DNA from: Mobula hypostoma
Lineage: Eukaryota
Direction of reading: 5' to 3'
Length of the DNA: 64,000 nucleotides
Assembly (NCBI RefSeq): GCF_963921235.1
Contig: NC_086108.1
Location: 39,868,001-39,932,000 of the forward strand
The translations under genes and the position numbers were made by a program. Each line of letters begins with the position of its first letter. Position 1 is the stretch's first letter. The notes below the pieces were generated by a model, which made no database searches, had not been told where the DNA came from, and saw only the letters and a program-made list of their open reading frames with translations. Of this stretch, positions 49,745-62,800 are shown one piece after another.

Positions 49745-52348
49745 GAGTTACAAGAAAAAGTTTGTGAATCCTTTGCAATTACCTGGTTTTCTACATTAAT
49801 TATTCATAATATGTGGTCTGATCTTCATCCAAGTCACAATAATAGACAAACACAATCTCCGAAACAAATAACACAAACAATTGTACTTTTCATGTCTGTA
49901 GTGAACACATTGTTTAATCATTCACAATCCAGGCTAGAAAAAGTATGTGAACCCTTGTATTTAATAACTGGTAGAACCTCTATCATACGTTTCCTGTATC
50001 TGCTGATCAGACTTGCACAACGGCAAGGAGGAATTTTAGATTATTCCTCCATACAAAACTATTACAGTTCATCAATATTCTGGGACACCTTGCATGAACA
50101 GCCTTCTTCAAGGTCATGCCACAGCATCTCAATTGAGTTTAGCTCTGGATTCTGACTTGTCCATTCCAAACCACAAAGCTTCTTCTTTTTAAACCATTCT
50201 GTTGTTGATTTACTCTTGTATTTCACTCTTGTGTTTCAAATCATAGTCTGATTGCATCATTCAATTTTATTTAGCTTCAGGTGATGGACTGCTACCCTGA
50301 CATTCTGCTGTAAAATGTCTTGATACAATTTTCACTTCTTTTTCACTTCCTTCAGCATTGCACGTTGTGCTCTCGGTTTGATTTTTGCAGGATACTCACT
50401 CCTAGAGAGAGTAGCAACAGTACCGAATTTCTTTGTAGACAATTTCTCTTACTGTGGACTGGTGAACTCTGAAGTCTTTAGAAATGCTTTGGTAGCCTTT
50501 TCCAGCTTCATGCGTCTCTATAATTCTTCTAAGGTCCTCTGAAAGTGGTTTTGATCGAGGCATAGTGCACATAAACAGATGTGAGCTGCCTTAATGACTA
50601 TCGCCCAGTAGCACTCACATCTACAGTGATGAAATGCTTTGAGAGGTTGATCATGACTAGATTGAACTCTTCCCTCAACAAGGACCTGGTCCCATTGCAA
50701 TTTGCCTGTCGCTACAATAGGTTAAGGGCAGATGCAATCTCAATGGCTCTTCACACTGCTGTAGACCACCTGGACAACACAAACGCCTATGTCAGGATGC
50801 TGTTCATCGACTATAGCTCAGCATTTAATACCATCAATCCTACAATCCTGCTTGAGAAGTTGCAGAACCTGGGCCTCACTACCTCCCTCTGCAATTGGAT
50901 CCTCGACTTCCTAACTGGAAGACTACAATCTGTGCAGATAGGTAATAACATCTCCTTCTCGCTGACGATCAACACTGGTGCACCTCAGGGGTGTGTGCTT
51001 TGCCCACTGCTCTACTCTCTCTATACCCATGACTGTGTGGCTAGGCATAGCTGAAATACCATCTATAAATTTGCTGATGATACAACCATTGTTGGTAGAA
51101 TCTCAGATGGAGACGAGAGGGTGTACATGAGCGAGATATGCCAACTAGTGGAGTGGTGTTGCAGCAAAAACCTGGCACTCGATATCAGTAAGATGAAAGA
51201 GCTGAATGTGGACTTCAGGAAGGTTAAGACGAAGGAACACATACCAATCCTCATAGAGGGATAAGTGAATAGAGTGAGCAGTTTCAGGTTCCTGGGCGTC
51301 AAGATCTCTGAGGATCTAACCTGGTCTCAACATATCGATGCAGTTATAAAGAAGGCAAGACAGTGGCTATACTTTATTAGGAGTTTGAAGAGATTTGGTG
51401 TGTCAACAGATACACTCAAAAACTTCTATGGATGTACCGTGGAGAACATTCTGACAGACTACATCACTGTCTGGTATGGGGTGGTGGGGGGGGGTGCTGC
51501 TGCACAGGACTGAAAGATGCTACAGAAGGTTGTAAATTTCGTCGGCTCCATCTTGGGTACTAGCCTACAAAGTACTCAGGACATCTTCAAGGTGCGGTGT
51601 CTCAGAAAGGCTGCGTACATTATTAAGGATGTCCAGCACCCAGGGCATGCCCTTTTCTCATTGTTATTATCAGGGTAGGTGGTACAGAAGCCTGAAGGCA
51701 CACGCTGAGCGATTCAGGAACAGCTTCTTCCCCTCTGCCATCCGTTTCCTAACTGGACGTTGAAACCTTGGACACTACCCCACTTCTTTAATAAATTTTA
51801 TTTCTGGTTTTTGCCCAATTTTTAATCTATTCAATATATGTATACTGCAATTGATTTACTTATTTATTAGTGTTATTATTTTATTTTGTTCTTTTTCTAT
51901 ATTATGTATTGCATTGAACTACTACTGCTAAGTTTAACAAATTTCATGACACATGCCTGTGATAATAAACCTGATTCTGATTCTGATCTTTCTTGAGAAG
52001 GGCAAGGTCTGTTAGTACCCTGACTTTGTCATTTTTTATATAGGACAGGGCACCTTTGCAACCCACACATCCAATTTCAACTCATTGATTGGATCTCCTG
52101 ACTCCATATAGCTCTTGTGAAAGGCATTACCCCAGAGGTTCACATACTGTTTTGAGTGTAGACTGTGATTGTTTAAATGGTGTACTCAGTGTTGACAAGA
52201 AGAAGTACAATTGTTTGTGTGTTTTTAGTTTAGGCAGACTGTGTTCGTCTATTATGGTGGCTTAGATGAAAATCAGTCCACATTTTATGAGTAATTAATG
52301 CAGAAAGCCAGGTAATTGCAAAGGCTTCAGAAACTTTTTTTGCAACTG
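49745..52348 (-). mobile_element. Second Tc1-family element, internally deleted, with nested Rex1 LINE
   Basis: Long inverted ends (TA|GAGTTACAAGAAAAAGTTTGTGAA ... TTTTTGCAACTG|TA) and minus-strand transposase remnants; TIR sequence differs from 47834-49434. Confidence 0.8.
50580..51987 (+). mobile_element. Rex1/Babar LINE, 5'-truncated, relatively young
   Basis: ORF 50581-51054 ([41 protein letters not shown]), KFADD, FRFLGV; (GATTCT)n tail. Confidence 0.9.
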
Positions 52349-53329
52349 TATATGATAGTACTGTCATTCATATAATGTTTTTGACTAAATCTTAATACTT
52401 ATTTGTGAAATTAATCTAAAATTCTAATTGATTGTAGCATAATTTTTCAGATTTATAGAAGAACAGCTTGACTATCTTACATTTCTGAAGCTAGTTTTGA
52501 AATTATTTTGACTTTCAATAAGCTGAGAAGCTGCATACTGAAATGTTTTCTCTGCCCCCTGTGGATTCTCATGTGAATTCTGCACATCCACAGGCCTGCA
52601 TGTTGTTAGCTGCCAATTATTAGTGTCATATTTTATGATAACCAAAAGTGATTATTGTTGATCCTTTGCTGCTTAAATGGGCTAAATACATTTTATGCAT
52701 AATAATTGTTTACATATGATTCTGTATCTTTATTACAGGTAAATCATTTCTGTTGCTGGTGCTCCTAAATTACCATGATTTGAAATGTGCAGGAATAAAT
52801 AACTTTAAAAAATAAGCCACTACCACATTACAGTCACACAGATCATGCAGGTTTTTTGAAAATGATGGGTATTGTACAGATAGAATTGAGCTAAGTGCTT
52901 TCACAGTGAAAGGTCAATGGATAAAGTGAATAACTGGTGATAAATTAGCAACAGTGTGAGGAACCTGACTTTTAGTTAGAAATTAAACTTTAAAGGCAGT
53001 GTCATTGAAGAAGGATATTTTGTTTAAAAGCAGCATTGATATGTGCTCAGAATTAGGAATGAAACATTAAATTACTTTGTTAAACTAAGTTAAGTGATTT
53101 GAGCTTTCATGACCTCAATCCTACTATTTAAGTATTGTTTCTTTCACCTGTACCCTCTATCCTGTGATTTTATAGTGTTACATGAAGATTTTACAGTATA
53201 TGTACTCTATTTTGTGATTATTTGTTTATCCCACTCTTGATTTTGTTATTTGTAGTCCACAGTTTGCTCTTTAGCAGAAACAAGAAATGGAGATTATTAG
53301 ATTATTTTAAAACAATGCATTGTCTTGCA

Positions 53330-53825
53330 TCTTTAGTCTGTAGTTGATCTTATTATGCACTTGCTATATGCACAAGTGCAATGAAAATCTTATAAACAGC
53401 ATCATCAGAGGCACATAGCATTTCAAAAACAGTATTCACAAGAAACATATTGAATTAAAACTTAAGTTTTACAAGAACAAAAAAGCAAAGTCTGTTTTAG
53501 TGCAAAATGGTCTTAGTGTTGCTAAACTGCAGAGATTAGGGTTTTGTCATTTGGTTCAAGAACAGAATGGTTGAAGGGAAGTAGCTGTTCTTGAACTTGG
53601 TAGTGTGTGTGGCTTTGGGCTTCTGTACCTCCTACTTGATGGTCGCTGTATAAAGATGCCAGGCTTGGATGACTGGTAACTTTGATAGATGTTGCCTTCT
53701 TGACGCAGCACCTCCTATAGATGTTATCAGTGGTGGGAAGCGATGTATCCATTATGTGTTAGGCGGAGTCCATTACTCTCTACAGCTTTTTATGTTCTTG
53801 TGCATTCAAGTTGCTTCACCAGAGC
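53330..53825 (-). mobile_element. Rex1 LINE 3' end
   Basis: ORF 53522-53752 TSLPT.DNIY.RCC.KKATSI. Confidence 0.7.
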
Positions 53826-54778
53826 ATGAAAGAGTGGGATTGTAAAAGGGATTACTACAAAGGTGCTGTTACTTAGGGTGAATAAATATTGCTAAAATAT
53901 TTTCAACAATTAAATATAAATTTTCTCAGACATGCCTGCAGTTCAGTAAATCTTATTAACAAAGCAGTAGTGTATTGTTACTCAAGTTTGTTTAGCTAGG
54001 GAGGAAATGATTTTAAACATTTGAAATCCAAAGTAGGAAAAGATGCAGTAGAAATTATCGCAAATCTTCAGTCTATGCATACCTTCTTCAAATAGCCTTG
54101 AATTCCAATTTGAAGATCATTAAATGCATCATTTTATTACCAGATCTGGCAACCTATATGTTGTAGCACATAAACATATAGTTTGATTTCTGTTCTTTTG
54201 TGCATTTAAAATGATGACCAAAAGTGTACAGTTGGAAAATTGCCTGCTAATAAGAACATTCATCCGTTGGTTATTTGTCATGTTTTATGATGGAGGCGAT
54301 CATGGTCTTTCCATGGCCATGATTGTTCTTGGCAAATTTTTCTACAGAAGTGGTTTGCCAGTGTCTTCTTCTGGGCAGTGTCTTTGCAAGACAGGTGACC
54401 CCAGCCATCATCAATTCTCTTCAGAGGTTGCCTGTCTGGCATCAGTGGTCACATAACCGAGAATTGTGAATGCACCAGCTGTTCATGCAGCCATCCACCA
54501 CCTGGTGAATTTTACCAAGTGAATATGGATCCTGTATTAAACCACAGAAATGTAACCTGTTCTGAATCAAAATTGATGCATCAGAAAAAATAGTAAGAAA
54601 GAACACTGTAACAGTTAATTAAATCTATATTTCCATACTGTGTGTATTTTTATATGCTTGGGACACAGAGCAATGTAGCTTTTGCACAAGAAAGTAGATA
54701 ATTGGACTCAACAAGCTTGAATTAACTTTTTAAGCATTTTATTTTATAGTGTACAAGTAAAACTATTTTCCCTTACAG

Positions 54779-54873
54779 TGGGTACGCCATACTACATGTC
54801 CCCAGAGAGAATACATGAAAATGGATACAACTTCAAATCTGACATCTGGTCACTAGGTTGTCTGTTATATGAG
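54779..54873 (+). CDS. NEK6: NEK6/NEK7-family kinase exon ([32 protein letters not shown])
   Basis: ttcccttacag|TG GGT...GAG|gtaag, 95 nt, phase 1-0; activation segment end (GTPYYMSPE) and SDIWSLG. The next exon (MAALQSPF...) was not found in the window. Confidence 0.94.
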
Positions 54874-55244
54874 GTAAGCTGATAAAATATAAACACTACA
54901 ACACGGTGATGGCATTTTCCTGAGATGCAGTAATAATATTGAGAAAGCACTGAAATGAAAGTGTTTTTTCTTCATCTTTTTGGTGATACTCCTGTTCTTC
55001 AAAAGTGATTTGTGTATTTATGTTCCATTTTTTTGTTTCTGGAAAACAATATTTTTTAGTTTCTATAATGCAGGTGTTCACTAGAATGGTGGTAATGAAT
55101 GAAATGAAGCTGCAAATTGGACCCTTGAATTTGGTATCCTTCAAAGTGAATGCTGATTATATATTTTTTAATTCACTTTGTATACTCTGGGTAAGATGTA
55201 GTCTATGGAAATAACACTTCCTCTGTTCTCTTCAAACAATGTAC

Positions 55245-55755
55245 AATATTTGAGCAGAAAATCCTACAAACATAGTAGATTCGGCCCAGTACATCACAGG
55301 TAAAACTCTCCCAACCATTGAACACACCTGCATGAAACATTGCCGTAGAAAAATAGCGTCCATCGTCAAAGATCCTCACCACCCAGGCCATGCTCTTTTC
55401 TCATTGCTGCCATCAGGTAGAAGGTACAGGAGGCTCAGTATTTGTATCACCAGGTTCAAGAACAGTTACTACTCCTCAACAATCAGGCTCCTGAACAACC
55501 TACACTTGTTCTACTTCTGGTGTTCTGACAACTGATGGTCTCACTTTAAGGACTCTTTACCTTGTTATTTTATTTATTGCTATTTACTTATCTACTTTTG
55601 GACAGCTTGCTTGCAGTTTACAATTCTTGATGTTTTCAGTTTAAAGTTACTGTTCTACAGATTTGCTAAGTATACCTGCAGAGAAAGAATCTTAGGGTTG
55701 TATGTGGTGACATGTATGTACTCTAATAATAAATTTTACTTTGAACTTTGAACTT
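55245..55755 (+). mobile_element. Rex1 LINE 3' end
   Basis: ORF 55332-55535 KIASIVKDPHHPGHALFSLLPSGRRY; (TTTGAAC)n tail. Confidence 0.8.
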
Positions 55756-55809
55756 AAATAACTTTTCTTAATTTTTAGCGTTTGACACTTGTAAGTTTCA
55801 ATAGAGGTA

Positions 55810-56070
55810 CTACCTTACAGCACCACAGACCACGGCTGCTGAATATGTGGAGTTTGCATATTTACTCCGGGAGCTCTGGTTTCTCAAAGATATGCAGGTT
55901 ACTAGGTTAATTGACCACATTACCCTGAGCGTCTAGGTAAGTGATAGAATCTGGCAGGAGTTGATCCAGGAAAGAGAATTTTTTAAAGTTGATTAATTTT
56001 GTATTAGTGCAACAGGGTGATTGATGGTGTGGACTCAATGGGCTGAAGAGACTTCCTGTGCAGTATCTTT
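55810..56070 (+). mobile_element. Degraded V-SINE
   Basis: TGTGGAGTTTGCAT...TAGGTTAATTGACC...GGACTCAATGGGCTGAAG with CR1-like tail. Confidence 0.55.
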
Positions 56071-57359
56071 CTGGGATTCTGTTGGTACAGATTCTAGCAG
56101 TTTCTGGAATGAGATACTTCATCCTCAGGTAAAATTAAATTTTGGAAAATAGCTCTGCTGAAGGCCTTTTCTTTTGTTCCTTATTATTCTGGCCCAAATT
56201 CCAATCGATATCTGGTAACTTCCTCCCTTCAGTCATTGGGTTTCCTAAGTTTGGTAAAGCACTTTGAAGGTTTACAACAGTGCCATGTTATGTAAATATA
56301 TTATCGGAAGAAAAATAAAACTTATATTTTACTACATTAAAGTTAAAATAGAATGCAGAACACATCATTTTGCTAAGAGTTAAGAACTTCACCTCTTGTA
56401 TCTCGCAAGATCTTGCCAAAACCACTTTTGAATGTACCCTCAGGGTCAATACAACCTGAAGTTTTTGACTTTATCTATAAAGTGGGTGTTAATGCAGGAT
56501 TCTACATAGGGTGTTGTAACTGTGATTCCAATACTCACTGAAATCTCATTAAACCCTCTTCTACTAGTCCCGTAGCTAAATAATAAATGTGTTTAGATTC
56601 TGTGAGATGGAGTGTAAACTATAAACTATATTCAACAAAGTCCAATTTATGTATGCATTTATAAATGATCATTAAACCCTTCTTGAGGCTTGATGGAAAA
56701 TTTACCAGGTGAATATGGATTCTATATTAACCCAAAGAAATTCAATCTGTTCCGAATGAAAGTGGATGCATCAGGAAAAAAATAATAGAAGTTGTGAATA
56801 TGTCTACAATTTTGAACACGGTTGATTTCCTATTGCTGCAAACATATAGAATATTCTTTCTCTTGGTATTGTGAAATTGGTTAGGGGACATAGCACAAAC
56901 TGTGAAGAATGCAGCTCAGCTTCTTCTTTAAGCATAAGTTTTGACTATGAGAAACCTCATAGTCTGTAAAGAGTAAATTGGTATCCAGAAAACACATTTG
57001 CACAAGGTTTATGCAAGGGGAACAATGGCATGAAACAAATCAAGAACTGGAAAGAAAGGAAGGATAGGAATGTGCAAGGATACAGCAAAGATAAAAGGTG
57101 ATAATACTAGCTTGCATGATGGTGTTTGCATGAACTGATAGTTGTTTCCTGATGGAAGCTGAGTGCTAGGGTGCTAGGGTGTTAGGGATCTTATTGGGAT
57201 TTAAGGACAGGAATGTGGAGGAATTAGAGGTCAGGCCGTAGTCTAGGACTCTACTCCATGTTCAAAGGCCAGTGACATGGGCACGGGACAAAGGACATCT
57301 ACAGTCTGGGCCTCCGCGTTGTGCTTGAAGGCCAGCAATGTGCCGAAGGATATACTTGG

Positions 57360-58350
57360 ATGCCAAAGCAATACATACAAGATGCGGGAGGAACTCAGCA
57401 GGCCAGGAAGCATCTGTAGAAAAAAGTACAGTGGAAGTTTCAGGCCGAAACCTTTCAGCAAGACTGGAGAAAAAAATGTGAGGAATAAATTTAAAAGTTG
57501 GGAGGAAGGGAGAGAGAAAAACACAAGGTGATAGGTGAAACCTGAAAAGGGGGGAAGGGTGTTAAATGAAGCAAAGTGCCTCCAACCTAAGTGTGGCCTC
57601 ACCTGGAAGGACTATTTAGGGCCCTGAATAGTAGTTCTTCCAGGTGAGGCAACACTTCACCTGTGAATCTGTTGGGGTCATATACTGTGTCCAGTTCTAC
57701 TGGTGTGGCTTCCTGTACATCGGTGAGACCCAACTTAGATTGGGAGACCATTTCACCAAGCATGTATGCTACGTCCACCAGCAAAAGTGTGTTCTCCCAG
57801 TGGCCACCCATTTTAATTCCACTTCCCATTGCCATTCCAGTATGTCTATCCATGGCATCCTTTACTGTCGTGATGAAGCTCCACTTAGGTTGGAGGAGCA
57901 ACACCTTGTATTCTGTTTAGGTAGCCTTCAACTTGTTGGCATGAACATCAATTTCTTGAACTTCTGGAAGTGCCCCCCACTCCCCTCTCCTTCACCATTT
58001 CCCATATCCTTTTCCCTCTCTCACCTTATCTCCTTGCTAGCCCATTACCTCCCACTAGTGCTCCTCCCCTTTTCTTTCTTCTATGGCCTTCTGTCTCTTT
58101 CACCAATCAACTTCCCAACACTTTACTTCATCCCTCCCCCTTCAGGTTTCACCTATCACCTTGTGTTTCTCTCGCCCCTCCTCCCACCTTCTAAATCTAC
58201 TCCTCAGCCTTTTTTCTCCAGTCCTGCCAGAGGGTCTTGGCCCGAAACAGCGACTGTACTCTTTTCCATTGATGCTGCCTGGCCTGCTGCATTCTTCCAG
58301 CATTTTGTGTGTGTTGCTTGGATTTCCAGCATCTGCAGATTTTCTGTTGT
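57360..58350 (+). mobile_element. Penelope-like element, GIY-YIG domain with inverted 5' pLTR
   Basis: ORF 57644-58414 (FTCES.GVIYC...LYIGET..RLGD.F..H, PVATHFNS, GMN) is a Penelope GIY-YIG endonuclease; minus-strand pLTR at 57360-57560. Confidence 0.88.
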
Positions 58351-58629
58351 TTGTCCTTGCTGTCCCAGGTCAGTGGGCCTCGGGAGCAGATGTCCATGCA
58401 AGGGGAAGGCATGAGGGTCAGTGAGGCAGCAAGTCCAGAGTTTGGGTGCAGGAGTTTAGGGTCCTGTCATCGACTAGTCTGAGGGTCAATACCAAACTTC
58501 AAAGCTTAAATGTGAATCAGAAGTCTGGAATTCAAAACCTGATGGCCGGAAACTGGAGAGTGGAATATGGAGGCCCGGAGGCCTGTTATGAGGTTGGGGG
58601 ACTTTCCGTGTCTGTGTAGATGAATTATG

Positions 58630-59890
58630 GAAAATTATAGGCCAGTTAGCCTGACTTCAGTGTTGGTGAGATTGAAGATGAGTTTTCAGGGTACTTGGAC
58701 ACATAATAAAATAGACTAAAGTTAGCATGGTTTCCTTAAGGGTTCAAATTTACTTTGAACTGGAAAATTAGTGGATGTTGCTTACTTGGATTTTCAGAAT
58801 ATCTTAGATCAGATACCACAGATGAAACTGCTAAACAAAGTAAGAGCTCATGATATTACAGTCTTGTCTTGTTGACTGCCAATGACTAGTAGTGTGCCGC
58901 ACGGGCTAATGTCAGGACTGCTTCTTTTATATATCAATGATTTGGATGACAGAACTGATGGCTTTGCGGCCAAGTTTGCTAATAATGAAGGGCAGGTAGT
59001 GTGGAGGAAGCAGGCAGTCTGCAGAAGGACTTGAACACAGTAGGAGAATGGACAAAGAAGTGGAAGATGGAATACACTGTTGGGAATTGTATGGTCATGC
59101 TCCTTAGTAGAAGGAATAGAGGTGTGGACTATTTCTAAGTGAATAACAAATTCAGAAATCTGAGGTACAAAGGGATTTAGGAGTCCTCGTGCGGGTTTCC
59201 CTAAAGGTTAATCTGCAGATTAAGTCTGTGGTAAAGAGGGTAAATGCAGTGTTAGCATTCATTCTGAGAGGATTAGAATATAAAAGCAAGGCTGTAATGC
59301 TGAGGCTTTATAAGGCATTGTTCAGACTGCACGTAGGGTATTGTGAGCAATTTTGGGCACCTTTATCTAAGAAATGAGTGCTGGCATTGGAGAAGGTCCA
59401 GAGGAGGTTCATGAGAATGATCCCAGGAATGAAAGGGTTGATATATGAGGAGCATTTGGCTTTGGGCGTGTACTCACTGGAGTTCAGAAGAATTGGGGGG
59501 GGGTGGGGGAAAGACTCATTGAAACCTATTGGATATTGAAAGACCAAAATAGAGAGGACATAGTATGTTTCCTGTAGCGGGGAATTCTCAGACTAGAGGG
59601 CACAACCTGAAAATAAAAGAATATTGCTTTAGAACAGAGATGAGAAGGAATTTCTTTACCAGAAGGTGGAGAATCTGTGGAATTCATTGCCAAAGACGGC
59701 TGTGGAAGTCAAGTCATTGGATTTATTTGAATTAGAGGTTGATAGGTTCTTGATTAGTAAGGGTGTCAAGGGTTATGAGGAGAAGCAGGAGAAGGGAATG
59801 AGAGGGATAATAAATCAGCCAGGATGGAATGGCGAAGCAGAGTCAGTGGGCCGTATGGCCTAATTCTGCTCCTATGTTTTATGGTCTTAT
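58630..59890 (+). mobile_element. CR1 LINE, 5'-truncated
   Basis: NYRPVSLTSV, YLDFQ, LYKAL.RLH..YC.QFW, NLWNSLP; CTTATGGT-type tail. Confidence 0.85.
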
Positions 59891-62800
59891 GGGAGTGGGA
59901 AGGAGAAAGGGGCTTGCTTTCCTAAGTATTCTGGGCATGTTATGTTGGGGTTGAATATGTAGTGATTCTTGCTGTCTGCTCCCAGCACAACCTAAGAATG
60001 TTAATGTACATCATGCATTATCACATGCATGTACATGTGATAAATGAATCTGAATCTGGTACCAGAATGATCAGTGAATGCTGTACCATTTAAAGGATGC
60101 ATTCATAACTTGGATGAAAAGACTTAAATGTAATGTATCCAAGTTTGAATTTGTGCAGAGGACACAGAAACTGTAACAATATATAGTCCAATAAAGTGAA
60201 TATGCAAAGAGCTAGCAGATTAAATGTAAACAAAAGAGATTCTGCAAATGCTGGAAGTCTTGAGTAATACAACATAAAATACTGGAGGAACTCAGCAAGT
60301 TTGTGGAGGGGAATAAGAACAGGTTAACTATATTAAGGGACAATGTGGAGTTATTTACAGCTTTGGTCTCCACATCTGAAAAAGGTCACAACTTTACTAG
60401 ATTGATTGTTGGGACTGAGGTCTAGTGGGAAGAGGCTGAGTAAAGTTGTTCTTTGGAAATTAGAGATCAAAGGATATGTGGATTGTCTGGAAAAGTAGGT
60501 CTTGTCAGCTACAGCATACTTAACATTGGAACAGACTTGAGGAAGGATTACCTACTGTTAGTATTTGTCAAGTTATTAATTGTACTCTAACTGGATCTAG
60601 CAGCCCCACTCAGTTGTATCAAGCCATTACTAAAAATATTAAGTAGATTGCTGTAGTTCAGGGATTGGGCCCACCATTTTCTTAATACGAAATGATATGC
60701 AAGTAATCCTCATTTTTCTTTAAAGAGAACAATTATAGTTTCTAATAAAAGTATTTTTTTCCTGAACATTTGCTTTGTACTAGTTTCACTGCCACCCACC
60801 CCCCCAGCCTGTGTAATAATAGTAGTCATTAGCCAGGAAGACTAGGCTGTCCAAATTATGACTGCACCCCTGTGTTTCTTGATTAGTGAACAGTGTGTTA
60901 ATTGCTGGGTGACACAGCAGTATTTATCTTGCCCTCTGTCTTTCCCTTCGATGTGAGATTGAATTTTCTGACATCCTGGTGTGTTCAATGTTTGGATACC
61001 AGCCAACTTGTGTTAAGACTCGTCCAAACCCTGGCAAGCATATTGCTTGGTAAATGCTTTCTTAGCACAACTTTTCCAAGCAATTCTGGGAAGGTTAGTT
61101 TAAGATGACACACAGATGTATTGTCACCATCACCATGATTCTTTTAAATAACTACGTATTCTAAACCTTCACCATTATTTACTGCTATCCAGAGTAGTGA
61201 TAAGTGTGGTAATCCAGTGCATTGTTATTTTTGCCTTACCTTTTGGTGGAGTGCTCTTTCTAACCACCTGCATTGCTGACTTGCCAGTTCATACTGATGG
61301 AGAACATCAGCTTAATGTTGAATGTAAAAGTACATTTATTAAGTTTTTTTCTGTTAATTAATTATAACTGAGTATAGATTTTAATGTGAACAAAATTAGA
61401 AACTATATTTAACATTTTATCAGAAATTGATGACAAGCAATGGCCTCAAAGAAATATATATTGACATGAAGATTATTTTCTTTGCCAAGGATGAAATGAA
61501 AATTTTTAAAGATAAATTGATCTTATAGATGGCATAATTTACATTTTGTCTATACTTCTTTGTAGTTTTATACTTTTTAGACTATCAAAGTAATTGTATT
61601 TGCTTGTTCTCGCATAATTGATAATTCATACATAAAAGCACTGCACTTTAACGTAGTGTTTCAATGTTTCAAATTTTCAGCTGTGGTATATTGTGGTGAA
61701 AAATGTTTTTAAATTATACCTTAAAGAAAGGGCCAAAGCCGCTTACGATTACTGCTATAAAATTTGCAGCACAACATTTTTTGTGTGGAGATAATCCTGT
61801 AAAAATATTAGCTTTTTTATTAGTTAAGTGTATCGCTTTCTTCAGTTCGTGCAAAAAGAAATTTTCATATGAGAAATTTTGTTGGTTTTGGTTTTATGTT
61901 CTTGAAGGCAGTATGCCATAGTTAAACGGATGTCAGCCCAGAATGGTTGACTTTACAAGAATTATTTTGTATTTATAATATTAATACCTCACTGATTTTA
62001 TATAATTAAACAAAATGCAGATAGTGAAAATACAAAATTACGAATGTGATTGAAAGCGATAGTGGTCACAATGCAATTAGTTTTTCTGAGCAGGTTGTGT
62101 AAGGTAGCCAGATTTATATGCGTTGAATCTTTAAATGGTGTAAAATCATCAGTGCTTTATATTTTTACTGCGTTTTGTTTCTCGTATTAAGTACAACCAG
62201 TGTTTTGCAAAAGCAATCCTTTTCTGATGGGTACTTGAGATCCAGCTGATTTGTCAATAATACAGATCTGGGAGTGTGAATAGAGCAACCCTGCTTATGT
62301 GGTTTGGTTTAATGGGTTGTCTCCATGGCAGAATGCTATTTTTGTTTAATTCTGCAGATACTTTTTAAACTGCTAATTATAAACAGTGCTGATGCTGTAA
62401 GCAATATCTATAGTTGTCAAACTTCGGTCATTCTGCTGAGATTGGCTCTTTCAAAATTCATGGATTCTTGCTCTCTAGCTATAGAAGACTGCTAGCTTAC
62501 TCAGTGGCATCAGTTATGAGAAAATAGGAACGGACTGGAGATATAGCCATGCATGCATAGTTCAAACTAAAATATTCTGGACAAGGATGAGCATATGTAT
62601 ACAGTCAGTGCTTTTGCATGAAAAACTACTCTTCAGTCCCAAGTACAAAAAAGGTAAGTATTATTCAAAATCATTTGCTTATTTCAAATTATCGGGTAAA
62701 GGATTTTGCATTTGGATTAATTGGAAGACATGATAAGAATTGTCCTTCAGAATAATTGGCAGTCATTCGTTTTTTTTGTGAGATTACGTGATTAGGATTA

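Noticed and set aside
57950..58424. C-terminal extension of ORF 57644-58414 and overlapping ORFs as novel proteins
   Set aside because: Read-through into the pyrimidine-rich Penelope pLTR, not coding sequence.
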